DNA of 64,000 bases, taken from the NCBI GenBank assembly GCA_945787465.1, contig CALZIZ010000002.1:7908-71907 (forward strand), in the 5' to 3' direction. The notes under the pieces were generated by a model. That model worked only from the letters and a program-made list of their open reading frames with translations, was not told the origin of the DNA and searched no databases. The position numbers were made by a program, and so were the translations under genes. This document shows, one piece after another, positions 42,737 through 52,199 of the stretch. The stretch's first letter is position 1, and each line of letters opens with the position of its first letter. The stretch is from an uncultured Desulfuromonadales bacterium (GTDB lineage: Bacteria; Desulfobacterota; Desulfuromonadia; Desulfuromonadales; Trichloromonadaceae).

Positions 42737-43492
42737 CTAAACGACAGATGTCAGGGCTATCAAAATACCAGCAGTGGCCATGATCAGCAGTAGCGTTGAA
42801 ACCCCCTTTCGGGCCAACCAGCCGAACAAAGCAACCCCTGGAATGGCCGCCAGCCCCCATTCGGGAGGCAGTCCCTCGGTTTTCAGGCAACCGATGGCCA
42901 GATATGCACAGAGCCCCCCCAGTAACACGACGGTCCCCTCCTTGAGGCGGATCGCCAGATCTGGCAGGCAACGCTGTTGAATAACCTCCACGACCCTCAG
43001 ACCGAGGACATAGCCCCCCCAGAATCCGATGATTCGAAAACCGAGATGAGGCAGGTTGAATATGAACAAAAAGACCACAGGAGCCCAAAGCGAGCCCTTG
43101 GCAGCGAAAAACAATGCAGCGCCCGCCGCCAGGGGCCGAACGGCGCCCCAGAAAAAGGCGTCGCCCATAGCGGCGTAGGGGGCCATAATCATGCTTTTGA
43201 ACTCTTCAACACTCAGGTAACTCTGTTCGCCGCGGCTGCGCTTCCCCTCAAGCGCCAGGGTCGTCCCCAGTACAGCAGAGGCCATGAAGGGATGGGTGTT
43301 GAAATATTCAAGATGCCTTCGATATGCGACCTCGAGCTGTTCGTCCTGGTAGAAGAACCTCAGGCCAGGTGCCAGCACATAAAGGACCCCAAGGCTTTGC
43401 AGGCGTTCGAAATTCCAGCTGGCCTGCAACAAAAACAAGCGCAGCAGAACCCGCATAAATACCAGCCGTGGCAGTGGTTGTTGCCCCATCAT
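42737..43492 (-). CDS. PTS mannose/fructose/sorbose family IID component
   Basis: I prefer ATG 43492 (GAGGAAAATG directly after the IIC stop). LFLLQASWNFERLQSLG is typical of IID. Confidence 0.8.
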   Translation of the reverse strand: MMGQQPLPRLVFMRVLLRLFLLQASWNFERLQSLGVLYVLAPGLRFFYQDEQLEVAYRRHLEYFNTHPFMASAVLGTTLALEGKRSRGEQSYLSVEEFKSMIMAPYAAMGDAFFWGAVRPLAAGAALFFAAKGSLWAPVVFLFIFNLPHLGFRIIGFWGGYVLGLRVVEVIQQRCLPDLAIRLKEGTVVLLGGLCAYLAIGCLKTEGLPPEWGLAAIPGVALFGWLARKGVSTLLLIMATAGILIALTSVV

Positions 43493-43497
43493 TTTCC

Positions 43498-44199
43498 TCA
43501 AAGCAGCCAGAGAAGCAGAAAGGCCGAGGTAAAAGAGGCCCCGAACAGGGACATCGAGCGCTTCACGTTGATGGTGCCGAGAAATACTGCTGTGCCGACC
43601 AGAGGAAAAAGCAGCCATAGCCAGTTCACTGCTGCTACAACCGGTGACAGCAGCAGAGCAACGAGAGACGGCACTAAGAGCGAACCTCCAGCAACGATGA
43701 CCACAAAAGTCGCCAACGAAGAAAAGGCGAAATGCATCAGGCCTATCAGGTGGTATGTTTCTGCAACCTTGAGGTGGCCGGCGTCCAGGCCGGCTTCGGC
43801 ATTTTGCAGCAGCCGATTGTTGCGATGCCTGGCCAGACGATCAAAGTACTGACCAAATTTACCCAGAGGCATTGCAATCAGGGTGCAAAAAACGATAAAA
43901 CCCGGGCCGGAATAACCGAGAGATGTGCCCATGGTGATGGCCAGCACCGTTCCACCGATGGAAACCTGGGTATCATCCGGAGGAATGGCGGCCCCCACCG
44001 GAAGGCGCCCGATCCAGAGCAACTCGACCAGCGCCCCGAGCTGCAACCCCACCAGCGGATCTCCGAGCAGCCACCCGGTCAGGGGGGCCGCCACGATGGG
44101 CCGGGAAATCATCAACTGCAAAGCGGCGGTTCGATCGAGCCCCGCAATTACCGCCAGGCCTGCGGCAAGCAGGTAATCGGCGAGGGCAACATCAGGCAC
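43498..44199 (-). CDS. PTS mannose/fructose/sorbose family IIC component
   Basis: I prefer GTG 44199 (GGGAGGA RBS; overlaps the IIB stop). Polytopic membrane protein. Confidence 0.75.
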   Translation of the reverse strand: MPDVALADYLLAAGLAVIAGLDRTAALQLMISRPIVAAPLTGWLLGDPLVGLQLGALVELLWIGRLPVGAAIPPDDTQVSIGGTVLAITMGTSLGYSGPGFIVFCTLIAMPLGKFGQYFDRLARHRNNRLLQNAEAGLDAGHLKVAETYHLIGLMHFAFSSLATFVVIVAGGSLLVPSLVALLLSPVVAAVNWLWLLFPLVGTAVFLGTINVKRSMSLFGASFTSAFLLLWLL

Positions 44200-44680
44200 C
44201 GGATCCTCCCAGAAGCTTATGCCAGCTTCGCTCCCGTTCTGGTGGAACGCATTGGGAGACGATACGCACCCCCTTCGACTCAAGGCAGTTAAAGTTTGCC
44301 ACATCTTCAGAGTTCAGGGCGATGGTACAAGAATATCTGAGCTTGCCCTGGCCACCGTGCATGTTGCCCAGATTGAGATCGGAGAATCGCACCCCTTGCT
44401 CGTAGGCGTCGACGGCGTCTTCGGAGGTTGCAAAGAGCAGCAGCACCCGTTTAGAATCAAGCTCATGGGACTCAAAGACCCTGGCAACTTCAGCAACTGT
44501 TCCGATAAAGACCTGGATTCCCTTGGGGACCGCCGCAGCCATGATCATTTTCTGAAAGCTGACAGCTGCAACCTGATCGTTGGCCACTACGATACAATCC
44601 GCCTTGATGTGCGGCACCCAGGCCTCAAGCACCTGGCCATGAATCAAGCGACTATCGATGCGTGTCAATACAATGCTCAT
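44192..44680 (-). CDS. PTS mannose/sorbose family IIB component
   Basis: 162 aa starting SIVLTRIDSRLIHGQV (phospho-His motif). Confidence 0.85.
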   Translation of the reverse strand: MSIVLTRIDSRLIHGQVLEAWVPHIKADCIVVANDQVAAVSFQKMIMAAAVPKGIQVFIGTVAEVARVFESHELDSKRVLLLFATSEDAVDAYEQGVRFSDLNLGNMHGGQGKLRYSCTIALNSEDVANFNCLESKGVRIVSQCVPPERERSWHKLLGGSGA

Positions 44681-44776
44681 GAGTTGCTACCTGAAGGAAT
44701 TCCGGAAACAAAAACGTCTGAAGTCTGAGCCGCCAAAGCTGCTTGCCCTATGCCCTGTCGGCAAACAGGCCATCCG

Positions 44777-45178
44777 TCAGCCTGGCAGAAATTCGCTGGC
44801 CAGGGAAATGCTTTGCTGCCCGTAAGCCTTGAGCAACCCTGCAAGTTCTGCAAGTGTCAGGCCTTCCTGGCTGTTAAAAAATTTCAGCACCATTGGCAGG
44901 TTTACCCCGGTCAGGACCTCGATCGCCTTAGGCTCGAGAAGCGAAAGACTGATATTGGCAGGGGTACCGCCGAACATGTCTGTCATGATCAGCACCCCCT
45001 CGCCATCCTTGCCAACCTCGGCGATGGCGCGGGCCACTGTGTTGCGGATAGTCTCTGGGCTGTCTTCACGGGTAATGCACACAGCCCTGGCATTTTGGGC
45101 TGGACCGATGATCATCTCAGCAGCATTAATAAACTCCTGGGCCAGCCCGGAGTGGGTCGCGATAACCAGTCCGATCAT
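44777..45178 (-). CDS. PTS mannose/fructose family IIA component
   Basis: 133 aa starting MIGLVIATHSGLA (active-site His), with a DMFGGTP motif. Confidence 0.85.
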   Translation of the reverse strand: MIGLVIATHSGLAQEFINAAEMIIGPAQNARAVCITREDSPETIRNTVARAIAEVGKDGEGVLIMTDMFGGTPANISLSLLEPKAIEVLTGVNLPMVLKFFNSQEGLTLAELAGLLKAYGQQSISLASEFLPG

Positions 45179-45181
45179 GCT

Positions 45182-46048
45182 TTACCCCTTGTCCTTGTCC
45201 CGGTGCACAACTTTCAGGCTGACCCCTTCGCCGCGACACAAGGTCCCGAGTTCTTCGGCAATGGCAACGCTGCGATGGCGACCGCCGGTGCAACCGACAG
45301 AAATGGTCAGGTAGCTTTTGCCCTCTTTCTGGTACTGGGGGATAAGAAATTGGAGCAATGTCTTGAAACGTTGCAGAAAATCCTGGCAGGGCTGCTGCGA
45401 AAGGACGTACTCACTGACCGCCGGGTCCAACCCGGTCAACGGCTGTAATTCGGGGATAAAATGCGGATTGGGGACAAACCTCACATCCATCACCAGGTCG
45501 GAGCCCGAGGGAATGCCGTAGCGAAAGCCGAAGGACTGGATCTGGACCACAAGCGGCAGGCGGCCATCGCCACCACGAACGATTTCAACAACCTTGGACC
45601 GCAACTGGTGCACGGTCAACGAAGAGGTGTCGACAACGACTGTCGACTCGGCCCTGAGGCCGGACAGCAGGTTGCGTTCCTGGTCAATACCGTCCTGCAG
45701 GTGCTCTTTGGTCGACAGAGGGTGACGACGGCGGGTTTCAGAGTAGCGCCGAATCAGAATCTCATCAGATGCATCGAAGAAAAATATTTCAGGCCAACAT
45801 CCGGCCTCGCGCACCTGACCGAGGATTTCGTCCAACCCGGCCAGAAAGTCCCGGTTGCGCACATCGACCACAACGCCGACCTCTTTGGTAAACCTCACCC
45901 CCTGTGCGACAAGCTGCAGCAACTGCGGTAGCAGGACCAAAGGCAGGTTGTCAACGACAAAAAATCCTTCATCCTCCAAAGCTCTGGCAGCCGAACTCTT
46001 ACCTGAACCGGAAAGCCCGGTGATGATAATTACCCGCGTAGGGGTCAT
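45182..46048 (-). CDS. rapZ: RNase adapter protein RapZ (YhbJ)
   Basis: 288 aa with IIITGLSGSGKSSA Walker A and a C-terminal GCTGGRHRSV motif. Confidence 0.92.
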   Translation of the reverse strand: MTPTRVIIITGLSGSGKSSAARALEDEGFFVVDNLPLVLLPQLLQLVAQGVRFTKEVGVVVDVRNRDFLAGLDEILGQVREAGCWPEIFFFDASDEILIRRYSETRRRHPLSTKEHLQDGIDQERNLLSGLRAESTVVVDTSSLTVHQLRSKVVEIVRGGDGRLPLVVQIQSFGFRYGIPSGSDLVMDVRFVPNPHFIPELQPLTGLDPAVSEYVLSQQPCQDFLQRFKTLLQFLIPQYQKEGKSYLTISVGCTGGRHRSVAIAEELGTLCRGEGVSLKVVHRDKDKG

Positions 46049-47019
46049 TCCAGATTGTCTCCAATGATCGTGTGAGCGTGCAGGTGGGCCACCTCAGCCA
46101 TACGTTTTTCGAGGCGATCCTGGAACTCCAGGGCACTGTGATAGCCCATTTCCTTGAGCAACTGGTTGCGAGCTGCCACTTCGACGATAGTGGTGATATT
46201 GCGCCCGGGGCGCACGGGGATTTTCAGCAGGGGGACTTCAATCCCCAGTAAAGGGTAGGTCTGCTCATCGAGCCCCAACCGATCGTATTCTTTGCCCTCA
46301 TCCCACTCGACAAGTTCTATGGCCAGGTCAATTTTCTTGCGCTCGCGGATAGCGGCAACCCCGAAGAGGTGCTTGATGTTGATAATCCCCAGCCCGCGGA
46401 TTTCCATATGGTAATGCAGCAGGTCGCTGCCCTCGCCGAAAAGCACGGCAGGCAGCTTCATGCGCACCTTGACAACATCATCTGCGACCAGGCGGTGGCC
46501 CTTAAGAACCAGGTCGAGAGCGCATTCGCTCTTGCCGACCCCGCTTTTGCCCATCAGCAGTACTCCAACCCCCAATACATCGACCAGAACGCCATGAATG
46601 GTGGTGGAGGCGAGCAAACGCTCTTCAAGAAACTTGGTTATAAGGGAGATGAAGGTTGAACTCGGAAGGTGGGAGCGAAGCAGGGGGATCCCATGAGTTT
46701 CGGTTTCGCGGACCAGCAGTTCGGGAGGTTCCTGCCCCTTGGTAATGATAAAGCAGCAAATGTCCAGGCAGCAAAGCTCGTGGAGGTTGGTTTCGGCCTT
46801 TTCCTTAGCTAACTGGTTGAGGTAACTCAACTCTGTGGAACCCAGGACCTGAATCCGATCAGGGTGCAGATTGGTCGTATAACCGGCCAGGGCAAGACCG
46901 GGTTTCTGAATGCGCGGGACTGTCACGCACTTGCCAAGACCCCGCTCTCCTGCAAGAAGTTCGAGATCAAGGCCCGCTTCTTTTTCTCCCATTAAGTCTT
47001 GGATGCTCAGACCGGCCAT
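46045..47019 (-). CDS. hprK: HPr(Ser) kinase/phosphorylase
   Basis: 324 aa with the GKSGVGKSECALDL P-loop. Confidence 0.92.
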   Translation of the reverse strand: MAGLSIQDLMGEKEAGLDLELLAGERGLGKCVTVPRIQKPGLALAGYTTNLHPDRIQVLGSTELSYLNQLAKEKAETNLHELCCLDICCFIITKGQEPPELLVRETETHGIPLLRSHLPSSTFISLITKFLEERLLASTTIHGVLVDVLGVGVLLMGKSGVGKSECALDLVLKGHRLVADDVVKVRMKLPAVLFGEGSDLLHYHMEIRGLGIINIKHLFGVAAIRERKKIDLAIELVEWDEGKEYDRLGLDEQTYPLLGIEVPLLKIPVRPGRNITTIVEVAARNQLLKEMGYHSALEFQDRLEKRMAEVAHLHAHTIIGDNLE

Positions 47020-47032
47020 GAAGTCCCAATGC

Positions 47033-47494
47033 TCAGAGGTTCATCTCTTCAGAAGCGATAATATCGTAAATCTGCTCACTGTCTCCGGCCTCTACAAGTC
47101 GACTGCGAACTGCAGAGTTCTTCAACAGTTTGGAGATTCTTGCCAGGGTCTTCAGATGCACCCCCACCGATTCTTCGGGGGCCACAAGAAGAAAAAACAA
47201 ATGCGCAGGCTTACCGTCCATGGAATCAAAATCGATCCCTTCGCGGCTTCGGCCAAAAGATATGACAAGTTGTTCCAGGTCCTTTAACTTGCCGTGAGGA
47301 ATCGCCACACCCTCGCCGATCCCGGTGCTTCCAAGGCGCTCGCGCTCCTGCAGTACGCGAATAACCTCGTCCCGCTCAAGACTGACCTCTTTCTTCATGA
47401 TCGCATCAGTCAGTTCACCCAGGACCTCATCCTTCTTGGTCGCCTTGAGATCCGCAACGATGGAGGCGGGGCTCAACAGGTCAACAATTTTCAT
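47033..47494 (-). CDS. ptsN: PTS IIA-Ntr nitrogen regulatory protein
   Basis: 153 aa with GIGEGVAIPHGK (phospho-His), located in the rpoN cluster. Confidence 0.9.
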   Translation of the reverse strand: MKIVDLLSPASIVADLKATKKDEVLGELTDAIMKKEVSLERDEVIRVLQERERLGSTGIGEGVAIPHGKLKDLEQLVISFGRSREGIDFDSMDGKPAHLFFLLVAPEESVGVHLKTLARISKLLKNSAVRSRLVEAGDSEQIYDIIASEEMNL

Positions 47495-47525
47495 ATCTTT
47501 CCTACGACCCTTTTAGAAGCAGCAA

Positions 47526-47560
47526 CCCCCGGGATGAAGAAGAAGTCCTCCACCCGGGGG
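47526..47560 (-). terminator. GC hairpin between hpf and ptsN (attenuator-like)
   Basis: CCCCCGGG ... CCCGGGGG, an 8-bp stem with a 19-nt loop, followed on the minus strand by a weakly U-rich TTGCTGCTTCT. Confidence 0.35.
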
Positions 47561-47575
47561 TGCCCATTACATAAG

Positions 47576-48124
47576 TTATTTTGCCTGGGGAACGATCAAA
47601 CCGTAGTTTCCGTCTTTGCGGCGGTAAACCACGTTGATTTCCTCCGTTGAATCATCGGTAAAAACCAGGAATTCCTTGTGCAGAAGGTCCATCTGCATCA
47701 CCGCCTCCTCCACGTTCATCGGCTTGACCGAGAAGCTGTTGGAGCGGATGATGGTAGGCTCGATGGCACCGGTTTCGATACTCTCGGCGGTCATAACGGT
47801 CTTCTGAACCTGGCGCTCGCGCCCGCTCAAGGGCTTGTGCTCCTTGAGTTTTTCTTTGTAGCGTCTGAGTTGTCGCTCGATCTTGTCAACCACCGCGTCA
47901 ATAGCGGCGTACATGTCGTTGGTTTCGTCAGAGGCCTTGATAGTGACTCCCTTAGCAGTAATGGTAACCACGGCCTTGTGACGGATTTTCTTTTCCACCG
48001 ACAGCACAGTCTGTGCATCAATGGGCTCTTCAATGTACTTTTTTACCCGGGTCAGTTTTTCCTCAACATAATCGCGGACCGGATCGCTGACTTCCATATG
48101 TCTGAACGTGACATCAACTTGCAT
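47576..48124 (-). CDS. hpf: Ribosome hibernation promoting factor (long form)
   Basis: 182 aa starting MQVDVTFRHMEVSD..R.YVEEKL, with a C-terminal dimerisation domain. Confidence 0.92.
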   Translation of the reverse strand: MQVDVTFRHMEVSDPVRDYVEEKLTRVKKYIEEPIDAQTVLSVEKKIRHKAVVTITAKGVTIKASDETNDMYAAIDAVVDKIERQLRRYKEKLKEHKPLSGRERQVQKTVMTAESIETGAIEPTIIRSNSFSVKPMNVEEAVMQMDLLHKEFLVFTDDSTEEINVVYRRKDGNYGLIVPQAK

Positions 48125-48220
48125 ATTTTAAAACCTCCTATTGAAAATCCCCCTCAGGGGTCGTACCGACTGTGTATGAATTATAACCACCCCTTGCGGG
48201 AAGGCCAATTGCACCCCGTT

Positions 48221-49669
48221 CTAGAACAGGCGTTTTCTTTCGGTCGAAGAACCAAGACCGAGCATTTCGCGGTATTTGGTGACCGTTCTTCGCGCGATAT
48301 CTATACCGTTTTCCTTGAGAATCTCGACAATCTTCTGGTCCGAGAATGGTTTTTTGGCATTCTCTCCGGCGATAATTTCCTTAATACGGCTCTTGACGCT
48401 TTCTGAGGCGACCGATTCCCCCTGGGTGGTATTAATGCCGCTGTTAAAGAAATACTTCAGCTCGAAAAGTCCCTGCGGAGTCTGGACATATTTGTTGGTG
48501 GTCACCCTGCTGATGGTCGACTCATGCATTTCGATATCCTCTGCCACGTCGCGCAGGACCAATGGTTTGAGATACTCGATGCCCTTGTCGAAAAAGTCGC
48601 GCTGAAATTTTACAATACTCTTGGTGACCTTATAGATGGTCCGTTGACGCTGGTGGATACTTTTGATCAGCCAGACCGCCCCACGCAGTTTTTCCTGGAT
48701 ATACTCGCCGGCCTTCTCATCAACACTGGAGCCCTCTGCCAGGGCATTTCTATAGAAGCTGTTGATGCGCAGATTGGGGAGCCCCTCGTCATTGAGCACA
48801 ACGACATATTCCTCGGAGATCTTGTAGACGAAGATGTCAGGGGTAATGTAATGAACGTCCTCCTGTCCATACTGGCTTCCGGGGCGAGGGTCGAAGCCCG
48901 AGATGACCTTGGCAGCCCCCAGCACTTCGTCCAGAGTCACCCCGAGAGAACGGGCTATGGCGGGGTATTTGCGGTTTTCGAGTTCGCCGATGTGATCGCG
49001 CAGAATGCTCTCGACCAGGGAGCCCTCCATGCCCAGGGTCTTTACCTGTTTCAGCAGGCACTCCCGCAGATTGCGGCTTGCCACCCCGGCCGGATCGAAG
49101 TCCTGAACCAGCGCCAGGGCATTTTCGACCGCGTCGAGGTCGACTTCACAGGCAGTTCCAATCTCCTCGAGGGTCGCTGTAAGATAGCCATCCTCGTTGA
49201 GGTTGCCGATGATTTCAGCGGCAATCAGCCGGTGCGAATTGTCAATGCGGGCCAGGTTGAGCTGCCACATCAGGTGGTCGCTCAGGGTCGTCTTTCTGGT
49301 CAGCAGGCTTTCGTAGGAAGGACGGTCTTCGTCTTCTTCATAGGAGTCGGCCGTCGAGCCACCGAGGTTGTACCCCTCAAGGTAGGTCTGCCAGTCGATA
49401 TCATTAAGGCCTTCGGACTCCCCCTCAACTTCCTGAACCTGCTCGGCAGGAGCTTCGGCCTCTGCAGCCTCGGGGGACTCTTCCCGTACGTCCTTCTCCT
49501 CAAGGTTCTCCTGCCCCTCCTCGAGAATAGGATTTTCCTCCAGTTCCTGCTGAACCATGTCGACCAGTTCCATCCGCGACAACTGCAGCAGCTTGATGGC
49601 CTGCTGCAATTGGGGCGTCATCACCAGTTGCTGGCTCAGTTTAAGTTGTTGGCGGATTTCTAAAGCCAT
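48221..49669 (-). CDS. rpoN: RNA polymerase sigma-54 factor
   Basis: 482 aa starting LKLSQQLVMTPQLQQAIKLLQLS, with a C-terminal RpoN box ARRTVTKYR. Confidence 0.97.
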   Translation of the reverse strand: MALEIRQQLKLSQQLVMTPQLQQAIKLLQLSRMELVDMVQQELEENPILEEGQENLEEKDVREESPEAAEAEAPAEQVQEVEGESEGLNDIDWQTYLEGYNLGGSTADSYEEDEDRPSYESLLTRKTTLSDHLMWQLNLARIDNSHRLIAAEIIGNLNEDGYLTATLEEIGTACEVDLDAVENALALVQDFDPAGVASRNLRECLLKQVKTLGMEGSLVESILRDHIGELENRKYPAIARSLGVTLDEVLGAAKVISGFDPRPGSQYGQEDVHYITPDIFVYKISEEYVVVLNDEGLPNLRINSFYRNALAEGSSVDEKAGEYIQEKLRGAVWLIKSIHQRQRTIYKVTKSIVKFQRDFFDKGIEYLKPLVLRDVAEDIEMHESTISRVTTNKYVQTPQGLFELKYFFNSGINTTQGESVASESVKSRIKEIIAGENAKKPFSDQKIVEILKENGIDIARRTVTKYREMLGLGSSTERKRLF

Positions 49670-49711
49670 ATCACTCCCGAGGTTTTACCCATGTCTGAAA
49701 ATAGGGGCGGC

Positions 49712-50437
49712 TTAAAGCCTGAATTTTTCACCGAGGTAGATGGCTCGCGCCCTGGGGCTTGAGGCAATCTCGGCAGGTTCTCCGTATTCGAGAATCTCAC
49801 CTGCATTCAGTATATACGCTTTATCGCAAACACCCAAGGTTTCACGTACGTTGTGATCCGAAATCAATATACCGATACCCTGCTGCTTGAGGTGCGAGAT
49901 GACGTTCTGGATATCGATAACAGCAATGGGATCGATGCCGGCAAACGGTTCGTCCAGAAGAATGAACGATGGTTCAATCACCAGCGCGCGGGCGATTTCA
50001 ACCCGTCGCCGCTCGCCTCCCGAAAGGGCATACCCATAGGAGTTGGCAACATGGGTCAGGCGAAAATCTTCCAACAACTCATCGCGCCGCTTACGGCGCT
50101 TTGCTGCTGAAAGATCGAGGGTCTCAAGGATCGCCATCAGGTTTTCAGCCACGGTCATCTTCCGAAAGACCGAGGCCTCCTGGGGCAGGTAGGAAATCCC
50201 CTTCCGGGCCCTTTGATACATGGGCAGGTCGGTCAATTCGAGATCATCGAGAAACACCCGCCCCTCATCGGGACGGACCAGACCCACCACCATGTAGAAA
50301 GAGGTTGTTTTGCCGGCCCCGTTTGGTCCCAGCAGTCCTATGACCTCACCCGACCCGACCTCCAAGTCTACCGAGCGTACCACGTCGCGCTTCTTGTAGC
50401 TTTTACATAACCCCCGGGCACTGAGCTTACGACTCAA
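49712..50437 (-). CDS. lptB: LPS export ABC transporter ATP-binding protein
   Basis: 241 aa with GPNGAGKTT Walker A and the [15 protein letters not shown] signature. Confidence 0.95.
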   Translation of the reverse strand: MSRKLSARGLCKSYKKRDVVRSVDLEVGSGEVIGLLGPNGAGKTTSFYMVVGLVRPDEGRVFLDDLELTDLPMYQRARKGISYLPQEASVFRKMTVAENLMAILETLDLSAAKRRKRRDELLEDFRLTHVANSYGYALSGGERRRVEIARALVIEPSFILLDEPFAGIDPIAVIDIQNVISHLKQQGIGILISDHNVRETLGVCDKAYILNAGEILEYGEPAEIASSPRARAIYLGEKFRL

Positions 50438-50928
50438 GGCTTTGCCCCCTGAGGATGGAAAATCGCGTTTACCCGGTTGCCTTGCCGGCTTTTGACTATG
50501 CTCTTCTCTTCGTTGAGAAAAACCGTAATTTCGTCGCCCTGCACAAAATCATCGCCCTGATGAACTTTGGGCGAGCCGGTAAGCACCACCCGCCCTTCCT
50601 GGTTGAAATAAACCGCCTTGTCGCTGGTGGCAACCCGGTTGCCCTGAACGATGCGCACCGACTGGAAGGCTTCGACACGATCGAACTCGCGACTGCCGGG
50701 CTTGTAAAAGAGGGTCACTTGCTCGGCATAGATGGTCAACTTTCCCTGGCGGGCCACGACGCTTCCCTGAAAGCGAACCACACCTGCTGCATCATCTCCC
50801 TCGAGTCGGTCCGAACTGATCTCAATCGGTTGCTCGGCTACGGGAACTGCCGGAGACGGATCCTGGGCTCCGGCAGTGGCAACAAGACAAAGCAAGGCGC
50901 AGATAAGAATAATGGTATTTTTGAGCAT
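50434..50928 (-). CDS. lptA: LPS transport periplasmic protein LptA (OstA-like)
   Basis: 164 aa with a signal peptide and OstA-like beta-jellyroll repeats, located between lptC and lptB. Confidence 0.85.
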   Translation of the reverse strand: MLKNTIILICALLCLVATAGAQDPSPAVPVAEQPIEISSDRLEGDDAAGVVRFQGSVVARQGKLTIYAEQVTLFYKPGSREFDRVEAFQSVRIVQGNRVATSDKAVYFNQEGRVVLTGSPKVHQGDDFVQGDEITVFLNEEKSIVKSRQGNRVNAIFHPQGAKP

Positions 50929-50933
50929 CCTGT

Positions 50934-51509
50934 TCAGCGACTGTCTCCAAGACTTTCCAGGCGGCCATTGACATCCGCCAGAAGTTCGAAGGTGTTTTTT
51001 TCAACGTGGAACCGCAGACCAGTTCCCCTGAGTTGCATATCCCCGGACACCAATCTTACCGGAGCTTCAGTAAAAATTATCCGCTGCTGGTCGTTGTAAC
51101 GAAGCTCGTCGGTGTAAAAGATGTACCCCCGGGGGCTGGTCAAAACGACTTCGCCCTGCACCTCGACCTCTCGGGACTCGGTCTGGATGGCCCCCTGCCG
51201 GGCCTGCAGAGAACCCTCCTCCACACCCTCCGGATCAAAAAAGGTCATGCGGATATTTTCCAGCTTAGCAATGCCCGATTGAACACTGTGAGCGGCGGCA
51301 TCGGCCAGCAGCGTCCAGCGCCGACTGCCGTTTTCAGATTCGGTGTAGCTGACTTCCTTAAGGGCGAGGTCAATATTTTTCGGCAGGGCTTCGAGAAGCT
51401 CTTCCGGCCCTCCCCGGCGAAAATTAACCACGACCACAGCAGTCAAGCCTGCGGCCAGCGCAAGGATGACAAAAGCCAATAAATTACGGACATTTAGCTT
51501 GTGCATCAT
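50934..51509 (-). CDS. lptC: LPS export system protein LptC
   Basis: 191 aa with an N-terminal TM anchor, in the canonical position upstream of lptA. Confidence 0.8.
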   Translation of the reverse strand: MMHKLNVRNLLAFVILALAAGLTAVVVVNFRRGGPEELLEALPKNIDLALKEVSYTESENGSRRWTLLADAAAHSVQSGIAKLENIRMTFFDPEGVEEGSLQARQGAIQTESREVEVQGEVVLTSPRGYIFYTDELRYNDQQRIIFTEAPVRLVSGDMQLRGTGLRFHVEKNTFELLADVNGRLESLGDSR

Positions 51510-51680
51510 AAGTTTTGTCAGTATACCACCATGCCCAGAGGCTGTAAAGACGATTATTGGTCGATTGGCACGAGATTTGTAGGGCCCCCAGACGCCAACC
51601 GCTGCAGGCGCACGGCCCGGGGCTGAATGGTTGTCTTTGGATTGTCCGATGTTAGAACCAGCACTACGGGCAAAGAGACC

Positions 51681-52199
51681 CTAGCTGAAATACCGGGCGG
51701 TCACTTCATCCCAGCGGCCCGACTCCTTGAGCAGCAGGTCGCAGATTTCACGGACCGCCCCTCGGCCGCCGGGTTTGCTGGCCACATAATGCACCAAGGG
51801 CTTGACCTCGGGCACCGCATCGGCCACCGTGGCTGAAAAACCGACCAGACGCAGGATCGGCAGATCGACCAGATCATCCCCCACATAGGCCACCTGCTGA
51901 TCGCTCAGGCCAAGAGATTCGAGGATTTCCCGATAGGGAATCAGCTTATCCTTGGCCCCCTGATAGAGGATGTCGATGCCGAGTTCGGCAGCGCGCAGCC
52001 TGGCCACCTCGGACTGGCGCCCAGTAATGATGCCGACCCGAACTCCGGTGCGCTGCAGCATTTTCAGGCCATGGCCGTCCTTGACGTCGAAGGCCTTGGT
52101 CTCGACTCCGTTGTTATCATAAACGATGCGCCCGTCGGTCATAACACCGTCGACATCGAGCAGCAACAGGCGTATTTTTTCCAGTTGTGCTTTCATCAT
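51681..52199 (-). CDS. kdsC: 3-deoxy-D-manno-octulosonate 8-phosphate phosphatase
   Basis: 172 aa, HAD-IIIA, starting LLLLDVDGVMTDG. Confidence 0.9.
   Translation of the reverse strand: MMKAQLEKIRLLLLDVDGVMTDGRIVYDNNGVETKAFDVKDGHGLKMLQRTGVRVGIITGRQSEVARLRAAELGIDILYQGAKDKLIPYREILESLGLSDQQVAYVGDDLVDLPILRLVGFSATVADAVPEVKPLVHYVASKPGGRGAVREICDLLLKESGRWDEVTARYFS

Noticed and set aside
51566-51580. Sigma-54 promoter-like TGGCAC-N5-TTGT on the plus strand in the kdsC-lptC spacer.
   Set aside because: The -12 element is imperfect (TTGT, not TTGC). It points away from every credible gene and would only drive antisense transcription of kdsC. Most likely a chance match.
51510-51683. kdsC and lptC are in the same reading frame, separated by one TAG and 57 open codons, which could suggest a readthrough fusion.
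   Set aside because: The spacer has no in-frame ATG, GTG or TTG, its translation has no coding character, and lptC has its own ATG with the expected TM anchor. Probably coincidence.
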